NCBI GenBank assembly: GCA_038496445.1
Contig: JALMLS010000022.1
Span: 67,594-131,593, forward strand
Direction of reading: 5' to 3'
Source: Trichosphaerium sp. ATCC 40318
Lineage: Eukaryota > Protista > Tubulinea
DNA length: 64,000 nucleotides
Below are positions 50,802-63,199 of this stretch, one piece after another. The position numbers and the translations under genes were made by a program. Position 1 is the stretch's first letter. Each line of letters starts with the position of its first letter. The notes below the pieces were generated by a model. The model saw nothing but the letters and a program-made list of their open reading frames with translations. It ran no database searches and had not been told where the DNA came from.

Positions 50802-53800
50802 CTAGAGATATTTGTTGTTCATTACATTTAAATTTATAGAATAGCGGTGACCGCCATGCAATTGAGATAATGGAAGTAGTGAAGGCAGTGTTTGGCCTCC
50901 CTATGTTAAACAATAATTAGAAAAGAAAAAAAAACAACCTGAACATAAAAATTAAAGCGTACATCTTCTTCCCACTGTTGATAGCGACACTGATAGTTCT
51001 TGTACTCTGCAAGTGCTTTTGGCGCATAAATTTCCAGCTGTTTAGAAAATTGCTGGTCATCGCTGTTGCGCAGTTGACTCTCCACAATTTTTAGGTAGAC
51101 ATTAATCTTGGAGTGTATTTCCCTATCAAGTATTAGCTAAAAAAACTTGTCATAAAGTCACAAATCAACGTACAAATCATATTTGTCAATGTCATCCGTT
51201 GAGTCTGTTCAACCAAAAATTAGCTTTGCATCATAATAAAAAAAAGAGTTGTTGGCATACCACCGTTTTCTATAGCAGCTTGTAGCGTTGAGCGACGGGT
51301 TTTGGTCATTTTGTAAATTAATAATTGTTGGTAGTAGTTCCTCACAACATCATCCCAATGAAGGAATAATTTGAAGAAACACTCTTTAAGAAGGAAATCA
51401 CAGAATATAGCATGTCGAACCTACCAGCCTCTTGTGATTAACATCAAGAAATTGTTTAATAATAATATTCAAAGTACCTCTCCTTCAAATAGTTCGGCGT
51501 AGTTGTATATCAAGGCAACAGTACGACCAACGAGCTGATGGTGATCAGTATTTATTATGCGTTGAAGACCTTGACAGAAAAATTTATAATCAAAGCTTGG
51601 GGCAATACGAAGATCAACGCGATGTAGTGCACTAAACCAATCGCTAAGTTTATTCAACGCATCTAGGCATGGCATAAACGAGTGACACGTACAATAATAT
51701 TTGACGTACCAACTACTGCTGGAAGGTGATAAACGTTTGTCCTTGTAAATAGACATCGTACAAAGAAATTAAGATGATGTGGTCGCATAACTACCAGAGC
51801 TTTGCACGTGCGTAGTAAAGCATCAGTAAAGTGTCTTTATTTAGAAAAGGTCAGTATAAGGATGCTACTTTTCATCAAAAAAACGGACCTGGGTATACGC
51901 ATATTCCACAAAAAGGTTCTAACCATGTCATCCCAACCTGGAATTGACTCCAAATCTACATCCTCTGTAACAGCTTCTATTTCAGGGCTTAGCTCATTTG
52001 CAATGCACTGAAGTCAAGGCTATATAGTCGTACTTGTCTTAATAGCAATCTCAGTGAGCCACTCGCGCATGAACAGAAAGAAAAAAGCATGTCCAGGGCG
52101 CTATAAAGTATTGAATAAGCAAAAGAAGCAACAATGAGCTTTTTGTTACCTTGAAAGGGGTAACCCATGTAGACTTTGCCTTTTGGTGCTCTGTCTTATC
52201 AAATACAGATAAAGCATGATGAAGAATAGGCCAGTAGAACAACAATGGATATTTTTTTGTTATCTCTCGGGGAAAGTATCCAAGGTCTACAGCTAACCTT
52301 TAGACTTTGTAACAAGTAATAAAAAATATGGTACCTTTCTTCAATTGTGCAGCAATTTCTTGCTGCTTACTCTGTGGTAAGCTATTACGGTGCGATTTAT
52401 CTGGATCCGCAGTGGTCTGAACTGCAACACCTTCTAGACTAGCAGGGCGTCGGTTCGTTTTTGCAGATAAAGCATCAGGCTTTTCAGTAGTGGGTATTGT
52501 TTCTTCACTACTAGATTCGTTATGTACATTGTCTGTAACCTCTTCCTGAGTGTCAGTGCTTGTAGTTTTTTCGGCTGCCTCTTCATTGTTTTCACCGTTA
52601 GCCACAGTATTTTCTCCGGTCTCTTCTTGATTGCTATCACTTCCTGCACCAATATTAAGATCAAGGTCTTTGCTGCTATCTGTCACAACTAAATCAATAT
52701 CTTTATTACTGCCTGCGAGATCAGGGCTTGTAGAGGTAGGAGCATCGCTAGGAACTTCTTCATCCGCAGTGTCATTTGAACTGGTCTCAGATTTAACGAC
52801 TTCTTCCGTATCAGGTTTTGACTCTGGTTTCTCCTCTTCCTTATCCTCTTTCTCATCTGTTGGAGGCACATATTTTGGACGCTTTCTCCGTATAAACGCG
52901 ATAGAACCAGTAGGTTTGGCTTATACAGGTCAACATTCACTATTTGTGAGAAAAAAAGCCACAAATGACGTCAAGTGTCATGATTTTTTTTTGTGTGAAA
53001 CAAATTAATCGTACCAATTGGAACTGGGTGAGTAAAGTCATTTATTACTTCCCAAGTGGCTTCCTCAGGCGCCATAATAGCGTCGCGTAGTTCCTTACCA
53101 CACGTTGGATAATAAAAATACAATCGAGCTGTCATGCGTGCGTATGCTTGATAGAGCTCCTAAACTAAAGTTAACCAAAAAAAATGGTGTAGCGAACTTT
53201 AAAGCTTATTCTTTTTGTATTGCGGTGAGAAACAAACTAACCATACTGTGCGGTACACCGCTACTATAAGAGCTACGGTCACCATACAACGATAACTGGA
53301 AGGATAATATGACATGTGTACGAATTAGTAAATTTCTAGGACGTTCTGTAAGCGACGATATGATTATTTCAAATAGATAGAGTGTTGTTCAGCGTAATTT
53401 TCAAATATTTTGATAGTGACAAACGGAAAAATTAAAAGTTTGTTTACCTGTAATTTCTGAATAGTATGTATACGTCCTTTGTGCAGTGAGGCGTAGGCAC
53501 CCCTGCACTTGTTTGATGAATAAGTAGATACTGTGGGTCAAATTCGCGACGCCCTATTATTCTATGCGAAGGCGTTAGATAAAATGCGATTAGCCTATTC
53601 TTCAGGGTTTTCTTTTTTTCCTTCCTTGTACAAAAAGGAGTGATAGTTTTGAAAAAAGCATTTAGAATTTAGTACGGAGAACGCTGAAACGCTAGTTGGC
53701 CTTCATACTTACTTGTGCATTGTATTAATAAATAGAGCAATGTCATGTGGCGCTTTTATGACGTCTATCATGAGTAACAATCTACCCCATAGCTCCAGCA

Positions 53801-54138
53801 AGTGCCTTCTTACAATTTGTACAAGTGGCAACATTCTTTCATCGTCCTCGTGGTTTAAAGTTAGCTATAAAATCAATATAAAATGTCCTCACTAATTTAA
53901 ACGCGTCCTGGTCCAGAAATTCGTGAAGTGAAAGCAAAGCCTCAGTAATCCGTTTGATTTGCTGCTTGCTCTGACTTTCGCGATCGGCAGCGTTCATAAG
54001 AGCATCTAGCATCAGAATTGCACCGTTGATCTTCTTTTCAAAGCGTTGCGTCCAGTCTGGATAGTTTTCTCGATCCAACACCAACGCAGTGCGCAGGCTC
54101 TCGAATCTTTGAAATACGCTCGAAAAGAATCCTGCCAT
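50802..54138 (-). CDS. DUF1765-family protein with acidic low-complexity insert
   Basis: FFCQGLQRIINTDHHQLVGRTVALIYN and FFKLFLHWDDVVRNYYQQLLIYK; acidic insert at 52330-52870. Confidence 0.7.
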
Positions 54139-54330
54139 TTTGGTTTAAAGGTTGTTTTCGTAAAATGTCGTGTTGACAGTCCGAAAGTAACAGAAAAATA
54201 TATAAATAGCCTGGAGCAGAGCTCCCAAAGGTCGCGCTCCTTTACAATCAAGTGCGTCGGTTGTGTTTGACAAAGCTTGACAAAAAAAAAAAAAGCAGCC
54301 TGTCATTTCATTCTTAGCATACAGAAAACC

Positions 54331-56615
54331 ATGACAACAAAAGCATCTGCCGATCAAATCATGTACGTCACCTCCAAGCTTGCATATCCACTAGCTCCCT
54401 GAGCGTAAAAAGGAGAAATGTCATCCTAACAAAAATAACGAACTAACATTTAGACGCAATACTTACGCATAAATAGTGTCTCTATCAAAAACGAGCAGCT
54501 CACTGCATTTTTAAAGGATGAAGACTTGAAGGCTCTACTAGGCGCGATTGAGAACAAAGACGTCAAGAAAGGAACTGTGCTCATCAAGCAAGGTGCGTAA
54601 CAACCCTCTTTGGCGCATTATTCGCTATTTGGGTTTTCGTTCCCACTTTTCTCAAGAAACGAGCTAGGTGAACCACAAACAGCTTGTTTCTTCGTATTGG
54701 CTGGTGAATTGCACAAGACATTACAAGAGACTGAGGAAGGTAGTCACACTGTTTTGAAGACTGGTGAGGTTACCGGGCTCTTGCACTTTTACGCCAACGA
54801 TCCTGCACACGCTACGGTTACAGTACGTGCTCGTACAACGTAATACCGGAATAACTTTTATCAAGGTAGCTGTAGACTCCAAAATAGGCGTCCTTACGCG
54901 TGAAAACTTCCAAAAGCTCCTTGCTAGCCGTCCATCCTTGAACCAAAGCTTTATTCAATTCTTATCAAAACAAGTCCGCGAGTCTCTTAATCACGTGAAA
55001 GCGCTCAAGGTATGTACATTCTTACACTTAGCAATTAGCAACAAACTTGATTTTATTTTCTGTACTTATGATGTGGATGTGAATCATCATGACAGATGGG
55101 AATTTTATGAAAAATATTGTTTTTGATTGGTTTTTTTTCTTGATCGTGCAATATTAATTGTTCGTTTAGGAGATTGTAACTGGAAAGGCCGCTGGTCTTC
55201 CTGTCGCATTTTTTGATGCCAAGTCGTACATGAGAGAAGCCTTTGAGAGCGAAATGAAGAGCAAGGGATACACATTTTCCATCACGTGGTATGCTGACAG
55301 ACTTACCTCTGAAACTGCGCACATGGCAGCGGGCCATAAGGTACATTAGTGAAATGCGCTAGAATTACCTCTCACTGGTAAATATTAGGTCGTTTGTTGT
55401 TTCGTGTCTGATATTGTTGATGAAGATGCCATCAACCAACTCGGTGCTGTTGGTGTTGAAATGATTGCTATGAGATGTGCTGGATACGACAACGTTGTAT
55501 TGAAGGCATGTGCTGCCAACAACATTAGGCGCGTGTTATCTTCATATGACGTAACGCTGATTTTTAACATTCTTTGAAGTGTAACACGTGTTCCTGCATA
55601 TTCTCCTTATGCTGTAGCTGAGTTTGCATTGTTATTGATGCTCTCCTTGAACCGCAAAATCGTTACTGCATCAAACCGCGTCAGCGCATTGAACTTTTCA
55701 TTGGACGGACTTGTAGGCTTTGACATGAGGTACGACAAACACCCTTTTTTTTCGAACTACAGGTTTGTCTTACTTGCGCTGTTTAGAGGTAAAACCGTTG
55801 GTATTATCGGCACAGGAAAAATCGGATGCATCACTGCCCAGGTACACATTATTTTCCAACGCAACGCACTCATTTGTGTAGATTTGTCTTGGTCTTGGAT
55901 GCAAAATTTTGTGCTTTGACATTTACCAAAACAAAGAGTTACTCGCTAATCCAAGTACGTCACAGTGCAAAGTAGCAGTTTAGTAACAGGTTGTTCTTTG
56001 TAGATGTAAAATACGTATCAAAGGAAGAGCTCTTCAAAAACTCTCACATCATCTCCCTCCATGCTCCTCTACTTAAAGCCACACACCACACGTACTACTG
56101 AAGATTGTTTTTAATTCTGTTGTTGTACTAATTCCTGTGTGAAACTAGTATCAACAAGGAAGCTCTCGATATGATGAAGCCTGGTGTTATAATTATCAAT
56201 ACTTCTAGAGGACCTCTCATCGATACAGAAGCTCTTCTAGCAGCTGTGTTGAGCGGCAAGGTCGGTGGAGCAGGTATGTGCACTTCTTTTAAACAAACAA
56301 CAACTTAGTTTGCAAATTCAAGGTTTGGACGTTGTTGAAGGTGAAAAAGGATTCTTCTACGAGGATATGTCTAACGCACCTGGTATCCAACATAACGCAC
56401 TATCTCAGCTCATCACATGTACCAATGTTATTGTTACATCCCATCAAGTACGCGTATAGTTTTTACTAACATTTGTACTCAACTTTCCTGCCTAGGCTTT
56501 CTTGTCTCGTGAGGCACTCTCTAATATCTCTGAGTCTACTTTGGGCAGCATTAAAGAATATGAAGAAGGTAAGAGAGGAGCTGAGCTCACCAACTTTGTA
56601 AAACAAGAGTACTAA
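54331..56615 (+). CDS. cNMP-binding (CRP-like) domain fused to D-lactate / D-2-hydroxyacid dehydrogenase
   Basis: N-terminal KKGTVLIKQGEPQTACFFVLAGEL...GEVTG...ATV..ENFQKLL. C-terminal LdhA-type motifs MRCAGYDNV, RVPAYSPYAVAE, GLVGFDM, GIIGTGKIG, SLHAPL, INTSRG, GLDVVEGE and VTSHQAFL. All exons join in frame. Confidence 0.93.
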
Positions 56616-56817
56616 AAAGAGACAAAAAACAATTGATATAAACAGTTACCCAAAACTATCAAAATGCGTTTCAAGATTTTATGTTGCACTCACTCCAGAT
56701 TAATATACAAAGAATAGTAAACCCGAAAATGAATTAATGATACAAGTCAGCTTTTATTTACATTTTTTCTTATTTGACACTTTTTGTTTTGGGGATTTTT
56801 GGGTTTTTTACATTTCT

Positions 56818-57369
56818 TTACCAATAAAGAGCATCATTGGGTGTTGTGTTGATGAATCGATTTAATATGTTCCTCATCCACGTGGACTTGTTATTAGTAG
56901 AACAAGGCTGATCTAGAGCGACACGTAAACGGCTGAAAGGTTTAGGTTCTCTTGACATCAGTTCTTTGTAAGCTCTTTGTAGACGATTTCGCATTGCGTA
57001 GTCACTGCATTTACGAGCTGTTCTCTTTGGCATGTCGCGAAGCGCGCATAGTAGAAGTTGATGCAACTCCATGAACCCATGAGTTAAAGCGACATCAAGA
57101 AGTTCAGTAAAATGTGCCGGTGTAAATCCATTTGCTCTAGATGCGTGCTCCAGGCACAGATCTTCTACAACACATCTTGGAAAGTTGTGCCCATCAAATT
57201 TATGATTTTTTAGCATGTGCAGCAAGTTTGACAAGATGACCTCCTTTGCGTGTAGTCGCAGTTGTCTGTTGCCTTCAAAATTTGCTATTTGATATATTTC
57301 GGCGCAATTACAAGCGTCTACTGTTTGTTGCTTGGTGGATTCAGTTGTAGTGGTCTCAAAGTCAGTCAT
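56818..57369 (-). CDS. Intronless protein with BACK-like (BTB-associated) helical domain
   Basis: 183-aa ORF; DACNCAEIYQIANFEGNRQLRLHAKEVILSNL resembles the BACK start. Confidence 0.55.
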   Translation of the reverse strand: MTDFETTTTESTKQQTVDACNCAEIYQIANFEGNRQLRLHAKEVILSNLLHMLKNHKFDGHNFPRCVVEDLCLEHASRANGFTPAHFTELLDVALTHGFMELHQLLLCALRDMPKRTARKCSDYAMRNRLQRAYKELMSREPKPFSRLRVALDQPCSTNNKSTWMRNILNRFINTTPNDALYW

Positions 57370-59794
57370 GATTGGTTGTGTTGCTTCTACGTATTAGGTA
57401 CTGTATAAATGAATAAACAAGAAGTTTGTGCAGCACAAAAGAAACTCAGGAAAACAAAAAAAGTGTTTATTGTTCACTGATCGTCAGAAAAGCAAATAAC
57501 AGGCCTCAAAACAAACGCCAGTTCTCTTCGGTTCTCGAATATAAGGTTTAGACGCTAATTGTTTTTGTACAAATGAGTTCAAAGTCGCAGTGCATACTTA
57601 GCCCACCAACAAAATCCAAATAACGCTGAAACTAATCGAAAATTTGCGTTGTACCACTTTGTAGGTCTGAATGCAGCACTTCTAAAACTTAACAGCTTTA
57701 TGCGTTTTATTCGTGGAGCTTAGGGTGTTTTCCAAAAATAAGCTATTGCAGTTTTTCTTCGCTCATTGCTAGCATAAAGCAAGCGCATTGTAATTTTGGA
57801 CTGTCAGTGAACAACCGCTTGTTTCCGGTGGCAATTATCAAACAAGAACAGTTTCGCCAAACAGTGCTTTGCCTAAAATACCAAAACGTGTACAATGGGC
57901 ACCACACTGGACCTAACCAAAGAGGAACACAGAGAAAAAAAAAAAAACGACCCATTGACTTTTACCCATTATTTTTTTTTAGGAGAGATTAAAAACGCAA
58001 CGCTATCATCAGCATGAATTCTGGTGGTCAGCGCAAACGAAAACGCACCACTACGGTGAGTCATGCTTGTGCAGCATGTAGAAGCAAGCATTTGAAATGC
58101 GATGGAAACCACCCTACTTGTGGTCGTTGTGCTCAAAAGGGTATAAGCTGTGATTGGACAAGAAAACGAAGGAAACGAGGGCCAGTTGCGGGTAAATTAC
58201 TTTTCGATCCACTAGAAGTGTTCACAGTGCTGTATATTATATATTATATATGTATATGGCGTGACAAAACGCTCCTGGGATTATCGTTATCAAGTTTTGC
58301 CGATGTACTAATTACTGACCACCCATATTATTAGGTAAAGCAGCGAAGCTTGAAACCGAAGTAGAAAGCCTGCACAATGAAATTAAGAGAAACGCCAACG
58401 AAGCGGCTCACTGGAAACACTTATATGAAGCTATTAAGCGTGGAACGCATTCTAAATCATCCAACAAACCCAAAAAGGTATAACATCGAATCTCTTTTTT
58501 TTTTTTGCAAACAAAAAACTCCAAAACACGGGCGAATTCATATTTTCTTTTCTGTACCGTTGATGACTGCGAGTAACGGAATTTTGTGTATTTTTTGAAA
58601 GTTGAGGTTTGTTTTTTTGACCTTTATTGTTTGTTTTTCCTTTTTGTTTTGGCCGCTTTTAATCATTAGTCCGCTTCTTTTTTGTGTTACTATGCTCACT
58701 CGCCTTTCCAGGCCAAGCAACTGCAATCTCAAGAGCTTGACATTTCTACTTTAACAACTACAGTGTACGCGCAATTCGCGCAAGTATACTTGAACCACGT
58801 AAATCCTATCCTTGGTCTAGATGTCAGCGCATACCTTGAACCTGCCAACATAAGCAAGATGCTCACAGACGAAACTAAGGCTTCTTCGCCCGCCATGCTC
58901 GTTTTATATGGTGTATTGGCAGTCGGAGCACAAAGGAGAGCAGGAAACGCGGACTTAGCGTTCACTTTGGCTGGAAAATGCAGACTTTTACTATGCGACT
59001 TTTTTGACCTCAACCATCCAGAAGTTGCAAGTACGTTATTTTTTTTGCGGTAGATTTACGCTTTGGAAGGATCCAATACTTTTTACGAAGGTCTTCTTTT
59101 TTTAGCAATAAAAGTGGAGAAATTCTTGCCAGAAAAAACAAAAAAAAAAACAATTTACCGAAACGGAGAAATTTATTAATTTCTCTGTTACTGATTGTCT
59201 AACTCGTTTCTCTTTTAGCTGGCCTTTGTCTATTGTCCCAGTACCATCAAACTGCTGGAGAAGCTACTAAAGCGGTTTATTACTACTCGATGGCGGTAAA
59301 TATGTGCAAGAATCTTCTTAAAAATAACGTTCAAAACGTACCAGATAGCGAAGCTGTACGTTAATTATTGCCTTACTTGTAATATTTAGAACCTTTTTCT
59401 TTGTTTTAGAAGGGAGAAATTAACGACATCTTTTTTTTTTTTTTTTTTGGTGACAAACTTTTACGTGCTGGTTCAACGCACTCTAATTGAGTCAACTATT
59501 ACATTCTGCAGTAGTTCCATATTTTTTTTTGCCCTTTTCAGTGTTTTTCCTTTTCTACGTGGAATTGTACCGCAACTAATGCTTATTGTAGTTGGGTGAC
59601 GTATACCGTGTATGCACATTGTCTCTAGGTGAACACGCAGAAACTAGGTGCGCTTGTCTACTAAAACAATCGAAATTTGATTTTTCTGATTATATTGTAG
59701 AAAGGAGGCACTCGATACTTTCAGCGATCTTGCTTGCTGGTTGCAAGAGAACTTTATGGTTAATGGTAACTTTGAGGAGACCACAATTACACTT
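57213..59794 (+). repeat. Left arm of >=2.58 kb inverted duplication
   Basis: Near-identical reverse complement of 61417-64000; mirrored ORFs in the track. Confidence 0.95.
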
Positions 59795-60954
59795 CAATAT
59801 CTTCACGCCAAGTTTTTGTACACATGGTACAGCATTGGTCACTGTAAACTCCTCTCGCAACGTTGGAATGAAAACGAAGACCCTACATTGCATTTGGTGC
59901 GTTCGTCAATCTTTTTTATTTTGTTATTGCTGCTATTTGTCATTTTCACGAGTAAAAACACCAAACACTCTACATTTGTAGTTTTTGTACTAACAGTTTG
60001 CTTTGCATAGACATTAGCACGACTTGATAAGCTCCTTCGCACTGTTAACGATGCCTTGCGCATGCTATCACAACTCACTACTTGTCCGTTATGGAAGGAG
60101 AGTGGAACGAAACTCGCAAACATTTTGAAGGCTCAAATCTTATTGCTGCTTGGTAGAAATGCCGAGTGTGAGAGTTTGGCTTCCATTGTCAACGAAGAGG
60201 TCCACCGTGCTGCTGAGGAGCATGCTAACGCTTGGTCTATTCAATCTTTGTTCATCCTCGCCATTGTACACCTCCGTCTAGGTGATAGCCACCGTTATGC
60301 AAGGGTACGCTAGATTTCTTTTTCTTGTTGTTTGCTTCTTTTTTTTTTTTTCTCTTCTAACGCTATGATTTAGGATTGCCGAATCTTGAAGAGTGCTGCT
60401 TCTGTGTATCCAGAAACACAAATCTTGGTAAAATCATTGTATGAAGAACCAAGCTCAGAAATGGACCCTGAGACAATGTCAATTACAAGAGGTATAACGT
60501 CTACACAGTTTCCTGGTAAATACCTTGTACCTGTACATCAAGGCAACAAGAAGACAGTTTACGATGCTGATTGGAGTGGTCACTTGATGACTAACCAGCC
60601 GGTCCTTGCCCTACAAAAAGGTGCTTGTACGTAAAAAATGATTTGTGTGTTTTTTTTTTTTTTGTTTTGTCACAACAACTGCTTACTGTCTATTTTGTAG
60701 ATCAAAAGTATGGTGGTGTTGACTATGAGCAAGAAACTGTGCACACAGGGCAAATGCACAACACATTAACTCCAATGAGCTCTGCACAGATGATGGACGA
60801 TAATGTAACTCCAGGCAACTGTCATGCTGTACTTGACCAGCGCTTTGCAGCGATGGGCAACCCAATGGTTCAAACAGCAGCCTCCACTACCCCTCTCTAT
60901 GGTTGTACATACAATACCAACCCTGGAGCTCTGTTCCCTGGTATTGTCCAGTAA
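58014..60954 (+). CDS. Zn(II)2Cys6 transcription factor with fungal-type middle homology region
   Basis: ACAACRSKHLKCDGNHPTCGRCAQKGISC; coiled coil; VYLNHVNPIL...MLVLYGVLAVGA. Confidence 0.9.
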
Positions 60955-61353
60955 TACTAGGCGCTTGCATGCCTATATTGGCACCTTAGGTAGATACAAG
61001 AAAGTATTAATTTTGCTGTATTTTAAATAAATAATGTTGTTATTTTTTGATGTATAATTGCAATATTATAACAACCTGATGTTTGTGATGACGTCAAATG
61101 TGCTTGAGGTTGTTTGTAAAAGTGTTTGAAGGTAAACAAGTAAGTATAAAGTGCAAAATAAATAAAGATTCCAATTTTGTCTTTATAGTTTATGTTTTGT
61201 TGTAGTCTTCACTGAGTTACCCAGTTCATAATACGTTAAGCCAATATTTAGTAAATATAAAATGAAGTAATAAAAGTTTGTTAACAATTAAAAATAAGTG
61301 TAAAACAAAAAATGCATATATGTGAGCAAATGCCAGCATATATCAGTACAAAG

Positions 61354-63199
61354 TTAATTTAGTAGTGCTAATATAATTACAGTACAAACAACTGTAGTGT
61401 AAATTCCTAAAAAAGCAAGTGTAATAGTGGTCTCCTCAAAGTTACCATTAACCATAAAGTTCTCTTGCAACCAGCAAGCAAGATCGCTGAAAGTATCGAG
61501 TGCCTCCTTTCTACAATATAATCAGAAAAATCAAATTTCGATTGTTTTTGTAGACAAGCGCACCTAGTTTCTGCGTGTTCACCTAGAGACAATGTGCATA
61601 CACGGTATACGTCACCCAACTACAATAAGCATTAGTTGCGGTACAATTCCACGTTAGAAAAGGAAAAACACTGAAAAGGGCAAAAAAAAATATGGAACTA
61701 CTGCAGAATGTAATAGTTGACTCAATTAGAGTGCGTTGAACCAGCACGTAAAAGTTTGTCACCAAAAAAAAAAAAAAAAAAAAGATGTCGTTAATTTCTC
61801 CCTTCTAAAACAAAGAAAAAGGTTCTAAATATTACAAGTAAGGCAATAATTAACGTACAGCTTCGCTATCTGGTACGTTTTGAACGTTATTTTAAGAAGA
61901 TTCTTGCACATATTTACCGCCATCGAGTAGTAATAAACCGCTTTAGTAGCTTCTCCAGCAGTTTGATGGTACTGGGACAATAGACAAAGGCCAGCTAAAA
62001 GAGAAACGAGTTTAGACAATCAGTAACAGAGAAATTAATAAATTTTCTCCGTTTCGGTAAATTGTTTTTTTTTTTGTTTTTTCTGGCAAGAATTTCTCCA
62101 CTTTTATTGCTAAAAAAAGAAGACCTTCGTAAAAGTATTGGATCCTTCCAAAGCGTAAATCTACCGCAAAAAAAATAACGTACTTGCAACTTCTGGATGG
62201 TTGAGGTCAAAAAAGTCGATAGTAAAAGTCTGCATTTTCCAGCCAAAGTGAACGCTAAGTCCGCGTTTCCTGCTCTCCTTTGTGCTCCGACTGCCAATAC
62301 ACCATATAAAACGAGCATGGCGGGCGAAGAAGCCTTAGTTTCGTCTGTGAGCATCTTGCTTATGTTGGCAGGTTCAAGGTATGCGCTGACATCTAGACCA
62401 AGGATAGGATTTACGTGGTTCAAGTATACTTGCGCGAATTGCGCGTACACTGTAGTTGTTAAAGTAGAAATGTCAAGCTCTTGAGATTGCAGTTGCTTGG
62501 CCTGGAAAGGCGAGTGAGCATAGTAACACAAAAAAGAAGCGGACTAATGATTAAAAGCGGCCAAAACAAAAAGGAAAAACAAACAATAAAGGTCAAAAAA
62601 ACAAACCTCAACTTTCAAAAAATACACAAAATTCCGTTACTCGCAGTCATCAACGGTACAGAAAAGAAAATATGAATTCGCCCGTGTTTTGGAGTTTTTT
62701 GTTTGCAAAAAAAAAAAAGAGATTCGATGTTATACCTTTTTGGGTTTGTTGGATGATTTAGAATGCGTTCCACGCTTAATAGCTTCATATAAGTGTTTCC
62801 AGTGAGCCGCTTCGTTGGCGTTTCTCTTAATTTCATTGTGCAGGCTTTCTACTTCGGTTTCAAGCTTCGCTGCTTTACCTAATAATATGGGTGGTCAGTA
62901 ATTAGTACATCGGCAAAACTTGATAACGATAATCCCAGGAGCGTTTTGTCACGCCATATACATATATAATATATAATATACAGCACTGTGAACACTTCTA
63001 GTGGATCGAAAAGTAATTTACCCGCAACTGGCCCTCGTTTCCTTCGTTTTCTTGTCCAATCACAGCTTATACCCTTTTGAGCACAACGACCACAAGTAGG
63101 GTGGTTTCCATCGCATTTCAAATGCTTGCTTCTACATGCTGCACAAGCATGACTCACCGTAGTGGTGCGTTTTCGTTTGCGCTGACCACCAGAATTCAT
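61354..63199 (-). pseudogene. 3'-truncated, frameshifted second copy of the Zn2Cys6 gene
   Basis: Identical Zn-cluster exon; 1-nt deletions at about 62220 and 61890; homology ends at 61417. Confidence 0.7.

Noticed and set aside
58014-60954. Fungal origin of the contig based on the Zn2Cys6 gene
   Set aside because: Zn2Cys6 factors also occur in amoebozoans and other protists; the neighbouring genes and intron density fit a protist better.
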